NCBI GenBank assembly: GCA_964247055.1
Contig: OZ176055.1
Location: forward strand, 4,030,001 to 4,094,000
Source of the DNA: Paragordius varius
Lineage: Eukaryota; Animalia; Nematomorpha
DNA length: 64,000 nt
Direction of reading: 5' to 3'
Below are positions 26,080 to 36,795 of this stretch, one piece after another. Made by a program: the position numbers and the translations under genes. Every line of letters starts with the position of its first letter. Within the stretch, counting starts at the first letter, position 1. The notes below the pieces were generated by a model that worked only from the letters and a program-made list of their open reading frames with translations, made no database searches and was not told the DNA's origin.

Positions 26080-27822
26080 ATGAGCACAAAAAGAGGTTGT
26101 AAATTCAACGATGAATTAATCAAAGATTTTCCTTTTATCAAAAAAACGAAGAATGAATCATCTGTTAAATGTCTTATATGCGAGGGGGAATTCACCTTAG
26201 CACATGGCGACAAGCATGATATTACAAAGCATATGGAAACATAGAAACATAAAAAATGTTTAGATATGGCGGCATCATCTTACAAAAGGAGCGATTTTTT
26301 TCAAAAAACCGCTTTTGGAGAGGAAGAAAAGAATTTGGCACTAGCTGAGGGCGTGTTATCTTTTCACGCCGTTAATCACAATCATTCCTTTAGATCTATG
26401 GACTGTACCTCACAGGTTATTTGCACGTTATTCCATAAAAAATTTACATGTGCCCGTACAAAGGCTGAAGCCATTGTGTGCAATGTCCTTTCGTCACGAG
26501 CATTTTCTGAAATACAAAAAGATTTGCTAAAAATTAATTTCTTATCCCTATACTCTGATGCATCAAATCACCATGAAACAAAATTATTTCCCACTTTAAT
26601 AAAATATTTTGATTCAGAAACCGGAGTAAAAATTAAAATTTTAGATTTAATTTTTCTACCTTGTGAAAATTCCGAAAGAATATTTACTTTAATAATGCAT
26701 ATTTTAGAAAAAAATAATTTAAAAGACAAAATCGCATATTGCGCTGACAACACCATACCAACTTTGGTGGAAAAGCAATGAGGGGAACAAAAAATATTTT
26801 TTATAAATTAACAGATAATCTTAATCAAAACATTATTGGCGTTGGGTGTGACACGCATATAATACACAACGCTATTAAAACAGCTGCTGATTTGTTACCC
26901 CTAGATGTGGAAAATTCATATTTTTATATATACACGGTACGTGTTGAAACGCTTAAAGAATTTTGTGAAAATGCAGAAGTTCAATATCAAAAATGCTTGG
27001 ATATTGTTAAACTCGTTGGTTAGCTTTTATGCAAGCTATCGAAAGAATTTTAAAAATGTATGATCCTTTAAAATCTTTTTTTTATCACAGGACAATGTCC
27101 TACAACTTTAAAAAAGTTTTTTGAAAGTGATTCTTCAAAAATATGGTAATTCTTACATAATCAAGCTTCTTCCTTTCAAAATGTTATTAAATTTATAGAA
27201 GGTGACAACATTTCGACAATCGAAGTAGCCAATGAAGTTAGTAACCTAAAATTCCAATGTCAAGAACGGTTAGAAAATAATTTTATACCATTAACCATCC
27301 GCAATATAATAAATAATTTAGAAAAAGGCTTAATAAATCGCCAAGATATCCTGTACCTATAAAAATGTTTTATACAAACTGTAAAGATTATTTGGAAGAC
27401 TGGACGACGCAATTCAATGAAATTGATCACTTCATTGGATAACATTAATATCAGAATTTAATTGGTGCGATGTTCAAAAATCATTTGATTATATCTGCTC
27501 CCAAAAATTCTCAATACGTAATCTTTCAGAAAATGATCTTTTTTCTGAAGTATCATTAGTTAAAAGATATATTAATAATGAAAAACTTAAATTATGAACA
27601 AAAGAAAAATATACAGTAGAAAAGAAATGGTTGGAAATATTTCATCATTTTGAAGCCAACTATATTACATACAATAATATTTTAAAAACTGTGGGATTCG
27701 CACTATCTTTACCTGGAACCAACGCTGCTACTGAGCGCGTTTTTTCCACAGTAAATCAGGTGTGGACATCGGAAAAATCAAATCTAAATGTTGAAACTTT
27801 AAAGGCCGTTTTATCTGTCTAA
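26080..27822 (+). pseudogene. hAT transposase pseudogene
   Basis: ATG at 26080; BED-type zinc finger CLICEGEF..HDITKHMET*KH with a nonsense codon; LYSDAS (first catalytic D); CDTH (CxxH); C-terminal dimerisation motif LSLPGTNAATERVFS; several stops and frameshifts. Confidence 0.92.
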
Positions 27823-27949
27823 TATAATTTGACAAACTCCAGTGAAGACTTCTACAATATTTAAAATGATGACAATCTGCTAAAACGCATTCACACAAAA
27901 AATATACCAAAGAATAAAATATTTTCTTATATTTATAAAGTTTTTATGT

Positions 27950-28790
27950 TAAAAAATAAACAAAATTACTTAAAATAGTGTATAATCTTCATAATTTGTC
28001 AAATTATATTTGAACACATAAAATGGCTTTTATTCAACATTTAAATTTGATTCCGTGCCTTACTTAATTTACTGTGAAACGCGTTCAATAGCAGTGGTTT
28101 AGGTAAAGATAATGCAAATTCTACATTAAAATATTGTATGGAACATAATTTGTTTAAAAATGATTATTTTAACCATTTCTATCCTATGTATTTTTTTCTG
28201 TTGTCCATAGTATAAGTTTTCATTCAATATATTTATTTAATAATGAGACTTCATAAAAAAGTGTCATTGTGCACCGTCTTGTCTTCCAAAAAATCGTTTC
28301 TGTTTGTATAAAACATTTTTATATTCTGGCTATTCATTGAGCCTTGTTTTTCTGGATGCTTTATAATATTGCGATTAGGTAATGGTATAAGATTATTTTC
28401 TAACTTTTTTGACTTGGAATTTTGACCTTTGTCCTGTGATAAAAAATATGATTCTAGGAGATCACATTTTTATAAATATTTCAATCGCTGGCAAAAGAGC
28501 TAACCAACAGTTCTACAATATCCAAGCATTTTAACATCCATATTTTCTACATCCAGGGGTATCAAATCAGTAGCTGTTTGAATAGTGTTGTGTATCTGCC
28601 AATAATGTTTTGATTAAGATTATTCGCTAAATTGTAAAAAATATTTTTGTACCGCTTCTTGCATCACCCAGCGCACTTTATGATGATTTCGTTTTTATTA
28701 TTTTTTCTAGAATATTACAATCACTTCACCCTTTGTTCGTGCACATGTAAATTTATTGAATAAGGTACAAACAACCTGAAGGTACAAATT
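27950..28790 (-). pseudogene. Inverted, internally deleted, diverged second copy of the same hAT transposase
   Basis: Reverse-complement matches to 26400-27880, including an exact 26-nt match (26815-26840 vs 28598-28623) and further blocks at ~26991/28515, ~27077/28430 and ~27704/28101. Confidence 0.85.
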
Positions 28791-28795
28791 TTTTT

Positions 28796-29362
28796 ATATA
28801 CCATTTGCACCTTCCTTGAACTTCAAGTTGGTCCTTGAACAATTCAAGTTGGTCCTTGAACATTTCAAGTTGGTCCTTAAACACTTCAAGTTGGTCCTTT
28901 GACTTTTTAGTTTTGTTTTTAATTTTTATCAATCAAATCGTAATTAATTCATCTATTTTATTGTTTTTAACCTATTTTCTATTATTTAATATAAATTTTA
29001 AATCGATATCAAATTTTAATCTTTGAGAAACCGTATATCTTTATTAATTTCTTTAAATAATTTCGTATATTTTTAAGACTTTAACACGAAATGAAAAAAT
29101 ATATAAGTTTTATGGGTTGTTAATTATTTTCATCAAAAACATTTAAAAGTTAATAATTTTATTCAATTGAAAATAGTTTGAAACAAAAAAGTGGTTTTTT
29201 AATAAAATTTTTTATTTTTAAATGAATAAATATATTATAAATGAAGAAAATAGGTTAATAATAAAAAAATAAATGCAAAAATTATGGTTAAATCAAAATT
29301 TATAAATTTTAAGGACCAACTTGAAGTGTTCAAGGACACTCTTGAAGTGCAAATGGTATATT
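28796..29362. mobile_element. Foldback-like MITE family B2, nested in the hAT element
   Basis: TIR TATACCATTTGCAC/GTGCAAATGGTATA; 21-bp unit ttcaagttggtccttgaac(a) repeated in the arms. Confidence 0.82.
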
Positions 29363-29632
29363 TATAATGTATTTGTGTTAAAAATAAATAAATATTAGAA
29401 TAAATTTTTTGTATAAAAATTTTTGGCTGTACCCCCCAATGACCCCCCCCCCTTCTCAGATTTGTCCCGCTTTTTTCCTCAAAAAATCTGGTCACCTTAA
29501 TTATGGAGAAACTTTGGTTCTAATAAGAAATGACCTGATACTTATATTATGGATGAACATGTGGGCAAAATATAAACATGTATGAACATTTATAGAAATA
29601 AATCATTTTTTCTGTCATTACTGTCTAATGTT

Positions 29633-30190
29633 TTAAGCACTTCGATTCGAATTGGGATGTCTAAATACTCTCAGGTAATATTTAGGTTGATAATTATAAA
29701 AAACTACTGAAAGATCCAATTAAAATTTATGCTTCTATCCTAATAAAAATTATATAAATAACCGAATTATTTAAATAAAATTTAATTTTGAAAAAAGGTT
29801 CTATATCCAACTAGTTTGACGCCATTTCTCTTTTGCAACAACTTTGCAAAATATCGTGTTTTTTAAAGCCAAAATTAATATTAATTTTTCATTTAAATCA
29901 CATCTAACATTGATCGACATAAAAACGGGGTTATTTAGCTTAATGCATATTGTCATGTTTACTAAGTTTTTACCTTGCGGTTTTATCATAAAGTAAATAA
30001 TATCAAGTATTTTTATGGAACTTTTTTTTATATATATTGGTTCATTAATGTGATATAAGTGCAAATTTTTGCCATGGTTTAAATTTATTCCATATTTTTT
30101 GAATTATTTAATTTTAAACAGGCCTAGGTTATCCAACTGCCCTAATTGGAATCGAAGGACAGAAAAGAATGTGTTGAATCCAAGTGTTAA
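29633..30190 (+). mobile_element. piggyBac-like MITE family A, diverged copy
   Basis: TTAAgCACTTCGATTCG...CAAGTG-TTAA; collinear with the 33960 copy. Confidence 0.82.
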
Positions 30191-30424
30191 ATTGGAATTT
30201 TAGCGTTAGAAGACAACACACGCTATTCTTCTGAAATGTTGTATAAAATGGCCTCAAAGTAGTTAGATATGGAGTTTAAAAATAAATTTTTGCTTTACCT
30301 TTTTATTATTTATAGAATTTTAAATTGAACTCTTAACTATATTAAATGCAGTCAAGTTACACCAATATAAATCGAATACTTAACAGCTATATTAGTGGGT
30401 GAATAAATTTATAAATCCTCCCTT

Positions 30425-31478
30425 ATGTCATTTTGCTTCAATAAGGGTTAAATTTAATTTATATTTTAGGGAAGGACAAAATAACTTTTTTAGCCAAAGA
30501 AGACTTTGAGAAACTACCAAACTTAGACGAAAGAACACAAAAAGCACTTTTTGAAGATGACGATGAGCCAAAAGGTTTGTTTTTTTGTTATTACCAATCA
30601 CACTGATTTATATAGATGGATGGGTGTATTGCTGCAATCGAGGTCGACTTTTTGCAATATTATATTAAGTTTATAAATTTCTGAACCTAAGTTCAAAGCT
30701 TCTTTAAATCAATCGAAATAAGTCTCTTTTAGTTTTTGCCAATGTTTAATCACTTTTAATTTTTTTTCATTATGGACTGAAGAAATCTTATTCATTTCTA
30801 GTCTTTTTTTGGCATAGTAATGATTCAATTCGTTTAAATTTTTTTATTCTAGGTTTAATTGCAAGCGATGGAAGCATAAATTGGAGCTGTCCATGTTTAG
30901 GAAATATGGCTGTGGGACCATGTGCCCAAGAATTTCGTTCGGCTTTTACCTGTTTTCACGATTCTAATGCCGAACCAAAGGGCTCAGATTGCTTAGAAAA
31001 ATTTTCCTCGATGCAAAATTGCTTTATTAAATATCCAGAACTTTATGGAGACATCGAGGAAAAGGGTGATCAGATTGGCAAAATCGATATGAACGAGGAA
31101 AATACCATTAATACAAAAAGTGAAAATAAAACTAATTCTAAATTGAATAATGAATCTCCACCAAAAAATCCAGAAATAAATAATACCAAATTAACACCTG
31201 AAACCACAAAAATATCCGGTATTTATATCTTTTAAACTGATTTTTGATTACTATTTATTATAACAATTTGAATAATAATTGTTGAGTTGTTTACGTATTA
31301 TATATTTATATTTTTCGATACAAACATATATTTTATTTTAGAAACTGAAAATCCAGAGCCTCTAAATGCCGCAAATATGGAAAACATTCGAAAATTTCAT
31401 CCTAAAACAAAAGAGGATCCCGTTCCACCACATGATTCAATCGATCGTTTTGCACCTAAAATATCGCTGTTTTGGTGA
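30425..31478 (+). CDS. CHCHD4: Mitochondrial intermembrane-space oxidoreductase Mia40, ~209 aa
   Basis: Exons 30425-30446, 30470-30574, 30853-31218, 31342-31478. [20 protein letters not shown] matches the animal N-terminus MSYCRQEGKDRIIF; [17 protein letters not shown] (CPC) and twin CX9C motifs. The last exon is less certain. Confidence 0.93.
30447..30469 (+). other. 23-nt spliceosomal intron
   Basis: GTTAAATTTAATTTATATTTTAG, phase 1; retention gives an immediate TAA after MSFCFNKG. Confidence 0.85.
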
Positions 31479-31703
31479 TTATAAAACAAACTTCACTTTA
31501 AATTTGTACAATTCTAGACAATTATGGTGCATAATATATATATTTTTTTATGACAATTTTATACTTTTATATCATCAATTAGTCAATCAATCATTCACCC
31601 TTATTTTTAATATTGTGATTATTTTATTTCTATCTCAAATGATGATACCTCATTTAATTTGAAACTCATAAAAATTAACTCGTTTATATGTGTATATATA
31701 CAT

Positions 31704-32621
31704 TTATAAATCATGGTTTTTATACAAATTAGAATTTGCATCAAAAAAAATTCCTTTAATTAAATCAATGTGGAGACATAAATAAGGTATGTGGTCGTTT
31801 GTGGTTGGATTTATACCATTTAAATTTGTTTGGAAATCAGATATTTCATAAAAATCAAATGTTTTATCTTTACCACTTCCTCGTTCTTTAGCTAATTCAC
31901 CCGTAGTTATGGATTGGAAATATTTTTGATCTAAATCAGTTTGTTTGACTAGTAAGCTTCCTTTCTTATACATTTGTCGTTCGTTATTGTAATTGCGACG
32001 AAATTGTGAGAAAAGTATTTCATTTTTATCATTAGATAGCGTCCCTTCCAAACGTTTTTGAGCTTGAGACAAAGATAAACCACCATCTTGAACCAAAGCC
32101 CAAAATACGGTATTATACAAATTATTAACATGACAATCTACCTGTCTCCATCTCAAATAATCCCATAAAATACGTGTATTAGGATATGCTATGATACGAC
32201 TATCAAAAACAGGTAAAACTTTCAAAGCTTTAGTTTTAAAGAAATGACCCCAAAAATAGGTATAAGCGGATGTAAAAAGACTGCAGACATGGGAGGCAAG
32301 TTTGCAAGCTCTCCGATTAACATAATCTGTGTCACGCGCAAACACAAAACTATATTCATCGCTTTGACCATAGGCACAAATAATATCGGTAAAGGTTTTC
32401 ATTACGTTGTATGCACAAAAATTCATTAATTCAAGGGCTTTTTCATCGTTAGGTTTTTGGAATTCGTGTAAATCAGTAAATTTATGGAAGCTTTTGCCAT
32501 CAATGCGACACACTATGTAACAAGCAGGGAGAATCGTATCAGATAATTCAAATGATTTTACATAATCGTATTTCTTATTCGCAAATGATAAATTTTTTCC
32601 TATTTTGGCCGTTTGATTCAT
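31704..32621 (-). CDS. THG1L: tRNA(His) guanylyltransferase Thg1, 305 aa, intronless
   Basis: KYDYVKSFE, RIDGKSFHKF (first catalytic D), YGQSDEYSFVF (second D), FDSR, WRQVDCHVNNLYNT, KNEILFSQF. Confidence 0.96.
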   Translation of the reverse strand: MNQTAKIGKNLSFANKKYDYVKSFELSDTILPACYIVCRIDGKSFHKFTDLHEFQKPNDEKALELMNFCAYNVMKTFTDIICAYGQSDEYSFVFARDTDYVNRRACKLASHVCSLFTSAYTYFWGHFFKTKALKVLPVFDSRIIAYPNTRILWDYLRWRQVDCHVNNLYNTVFWALVQDGGLSLSQAQKRLEGTLSNDKNEILFSQFRRNYNNERQMYKKGSLLVKQTDLDQKYFQSITTGELAKERGSGKDKTFDFYEISDFQTNLNGINPTTNDHIPYLCLHIDLIKGIFFDANSNLYKNHDL

Positions 32622-33959
32622 GGTGATTTCGTAAGTGAGCTAATCTCAGATTTAATAATTTCGGTCCAATTTTCAATATCACCAATTTCCTATTATTATA
32701 TCCATAATGTAAACTTTAAGGGATTGGTTAAATATATTTATTGATTGCATATATTTTTTGGAAAGCTCATTAAATACATCAATTTGAAAATTCATTTTTT
32801 TACATAGGTTATCAATGCTTTTTTGTTTATTATACAGAATCAAAACACTAAAATGTATTTTATGGTTACTCTGAATTTACTTCATCCACAAGATTTTTTA
32901 CGATGTTTTGAGAATCCTTAATTATATCTGATCTTTTGTCTGTAAATATTAATTTTTTAAACCTTTTTCTGTTTGTGATATGTTTCTTATAAAATTATTA
33001 ATCATTTTAATTAAAGCATTTTAAAAACTTAATTTAAAGAGGTTAGCAATCTGTTCAATTTACAGTTATTATTATCGGCAATTAGACAGTGTTTGCAAGA
33101 TAAAATATATGTGTATATTTACTTTTTCGGAAATATTTATAAGGATCATGGTGCTTTTTGGTTCTTAGAAGGATTCACAAAGTTTTTTAAACTTTTGGAA
33201 ACTTATACATACGATAAAATGGCAAAATTTGCGCATTTGCTAAAAAAAATTTTTTTGTGAAGGCTTAATGCTTGATTCCAAAAAATATCGCTAAAATAAA
33301 TACACATAAAAAGCAAAATATTTTTTTTAGAAAATATTAATTTTTAGATGCGCGCTCTGAAAGTCCCAAATATTTTCGTCTATTTAAAATGGGATGAGTC
33401 TCTGACTCAAAACTTTTTCACTCCCAGAAGAATAGAAAAAAATGGATATTTTGTTTAGATATTAAATTTAAGGCAAAATTTGATGAAGAGGTTATGGTAT
33501 TTTGAAGCATCATGGTAATGGTATATGATGCTTAGGATCATATGAAAACATTTTTTTATATAATTCAATGATACTCATCCTTTCTACACCTCAAATGTTC
33601 GATTGCTTCAAATTTATGTAAATTTTTAAATTATTTTAATATAAATTATAAGGAGGAATTTTTTAATTAAGATTCTGAGATTATAAAAATATTCAGCATT
33701 TTGAATCATTTCATTTTCCATCATATCTCAAAATAGTATAAAATATCTTTTTTGATAATCGATTACATTTTGGGTGAATTTTGTACCACATAACTAAAAC
33801 CTCTGACTGTTGTTTGTAATATTTTTTTGAATAAAATTTAGTTATTGAACAATGTATCATGGATTAGATAAAAAAGCCCCGTTTTCCATTTTCTGATTAT
33901 CAGAGCTTAAAAGTCTCCAAAGCCCACTTGATACAAACAGCTGATAAATGGAATTATAT

Positions 33960-34544
33960 TTAACACTTCGATTCAAATTGGGGTATCTAAATACCCCAGA
34001 CTAAATTTAAATTAAAATTTTTAAAAAACTACTGAAGGAAACGGCCCCAATTTAAATTTATGCTTCTATCCTGATAAATATTATATAAATATGCCAAAAT
34101 ATCTTGATAAAATTTTGTTTTGAAAAAAAAGTTCCATCTAAAACTACTTCGACGCCATTTTTATTTTAAAAATTTTGAAAAATATCATGTTCATTTAATT
34201 TTAAGGGTAAAACTAAAGCTTACATCTTATATAAATTACATCTAACATTGTTTGAAATAGAAAAAGCGGTTTATTTTGTATTATTTTTTAATTTTACAAT
34301 TTGACACATGTCACGTTGACTAAATTTTTACCTTTCAGTTTTAGCTCAAAATAAGTAATATCAAGTATTTTTGAATTAAATTTTTTATATATCTAGGTTT
34401 ATTGTTATATAAGTGCAAAATTTTGCCATAGTTTAGATTGCTTCCATACTTTTTAAAGTATTTGATTTTAAACAGGCCTGGGGTATTTAACTACCCCAAT
34501 TTGAATCGAAGGACTAAAATGAATGTGTTGTATCCAAGTGTTAA
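33960..34544 (+). mobile_element. piggyBac-like MITE family A, intact reference copy (577 bp between TTAA)
   Basis: TTAA TSD at both ends; subterminal inverted repeat cttcgattcaaattggggta/taccccaatttgaatcgaag placed asymmetrically. Confidence 0.9.
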
Positions 34545-34747
34545 AGTTCAGTAAAAGTTAATTTAAAACTTTATTAGGTTTATTAACCATAATATGCATT
34601 CGACTGTTAAATTAGCTATATGTAAACAATTCCACATGGGTTTAAAAAAAATTTGGGATGATAATTTCTTATTTTTTAAATCAAATTAAGGGCTAAAAAA
34701 TCAAACTTGACTCAATAGTTTTAATAAGCCGTAAATATTGGAATTTA

Positions 34748-35778
34748 CAGTGGGGTATCAAGGGGAGTAAGGGGGTTGCCTCTGGAGCCGTTATTTGGGG
34801 GCGCTTATTAATTATAAACAATGCAAAAATAATAACAACTTTCATGTAGGCGTTCCCTTAAATGTGCAAATTTATTTTTTTGTTAAAAATACTTCTTTAT
34901 AACGCATTCGTTCATTCTTTTATTGCCTTTAACCGAACTATTATATTATGGAACGTTACCTTGCCTCCTATTTTTATAATTAATTTATATATCCATTGCA
35001 TTTTTATTTAAATCTATTTAATTTCAAATCAAAACACAAATTTATTTTCAATTGTATTTTTTAAAACTTAATGCATCAGATATCAATACCTAAACTCAGC
35101 GATACCCCAAATAGGAAACGAACCAGGAAGAGAATAAAATAAAATGAGAATGACAATATTTAACGAAAAAAAATTCTGACCATAACATCGAAAAAAGTGT
35201 ATACGACACAAACACCGGGTTATTGATTCTAAATAGGATGAGGAAAAAATACACCATTAGTAATTCCAAGCGCTAAACTTAGGGATTAAAATGAAACTTT
35301 TTAAAATGTACTAATAATAATATTCCCATAATATTCTAACACAGAAATGATTATTCGTGGATATCTAGATTTAAAAATAAATGCGATCTCTTTAAAACTG
35401 CCCCAATCTTGGTTTTTTCGACGGGTCGATAAGAAAGAAGGATTTGAAGTTGAGAGGACTTGGCTTTTAGGTTCACCAAAAAACAGATCTGCGCATGGCT
35501 TTTGTTGCCCACTTTTTGATAGATTTTTTTCCCATCATCTTTCATAACTACGCATGGTTTTAATGAATGGGGGGGGGGGGGGAGATAAATTGATCCATAA
35601 TGAAAATAGCCCCTATCTTCTAAAAGCCCTTATTACTTGGAGAGAGCAGAAGGAAGATTGATAATTAAAACTAAATGTTCATCTCTAAAAGCTCACATAC
35701 GATTAGAAAATTATCGATATTATTGAATTCAGTAGAATATTTACGTGTATGTATTTGAATATGAATAAATTCATATTA

Positions 35779-35823
<45 letters not shown>

Positions 35824-35972
35824 AAATGGGTGTATGTGTACAAGCCGGTCTTATCTATGGTGTTAGGTTGCGACGTTTGAATTTTTTTAAAAAATGTTTT
35901 ATTAGATTTCCAAAATAGGAGGGATGCCATAAGAGTTTAATCCCCTGGGCTCAAATGCTCGGTACGCCACTA
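34748..35972 (+). mobile_element. Internally deleted hAT-like element carrying a TTF-type zinc-finger remnant
   Basis: Imperfect termini cagtggggtatc/ggtacgccacta; ORF 35347-35547 WFFRR..ERTWLLGSPK..FCCPLF resembles the N-terminal TTF zinc finger of ZMYM1-like hAT transposases. TSD not found. Confidence 0.55.
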
Positions 35973-36540
35973 ATTTTCAATGGTATTGTAAAAAAACAAC
36001 AAGGTATTGAAGTGATAATCAAAATTAAAATGCTGAAAATCTTTGGAATAATCGAATTTAATTAAAATATCTTTTAATCTTAAATGTTTTTATATAGTTT
36101 CGACCAATTTAAAATATTATAACATACGCTTCGACAAAAGTTTATTTTGAGGAATAACGGTCTTCAAAAATAACTTATTTTGATTTTTAGCTATAAAGAT
36201 TTGCTGAAAATGAATCTCTTTATTTTACAATAAATTTTTTTATAAAGTCCCATTTCGGATACCTTAATTCAAATTATAAAATTGCAATTTCTAGTAATAA
36301 ATTTTTTTCGGCTTGAAATCGTTGGATTGTTCCAAAATAATCTCTGTAATTTGCGCTAATTTGACTAATTTCCGATATGGCTCAATAAGGAAAGTTAAAA
36401 TTGTAACTTAAATGACTCGTAATTCCCGAAATCAAAAGTCCCTTAAGAATCATGATGCATTTTTCGTTATAATATTTCATCTAATATTTTTTATTGGGAG
36501 CTAAATTATTTTTTAAGTTTTAGCTTATGTGAAAAACAAT

Positions 36541-36795
36541 AATTATACGGACAAAACGTTAAAATATAAAGACAAACTTTTTTTCCAAAAGACAACCATA
36601 CTTTTTAAACTTCATTTTTGTAATTATAACTCATTGTTTCAAATTGCATATTATAGAATTGAAATCTATATTGATGACACAATAAATTATATATTTTAAT
36701 TGTAATTATAAAATTTATATGACAAGTTTAAAAAAGTATGGTAGTCTTTTAAAAAAATATTTGTCTTTATATTTTAACGTTTTGTATGTATAATT
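36541..36795. mobile_element. Palindromic MITE family E
   Basis: Long TIR AATTATACGGACAAAACG...CGTTTTGTATGTATAATT; same family at 54428-55379 and a partial copy at ~38310. Confidence 0.78.

Larger units (their letters stand above)
25549..29499 (+). mobile_element. hAT DNA transposon (Blackjack-type termini), 3951 bp, non-autonomous
   Basis: 13-bp TIR TAAGGTGACCAGA/TCTGGTCACCTTA; exact 8-bp TSD ATTATGGA at 25541-25548 and 29500-29507; subterminal GTCCCG/CGGGAC motifs. Confidence 0.95.
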
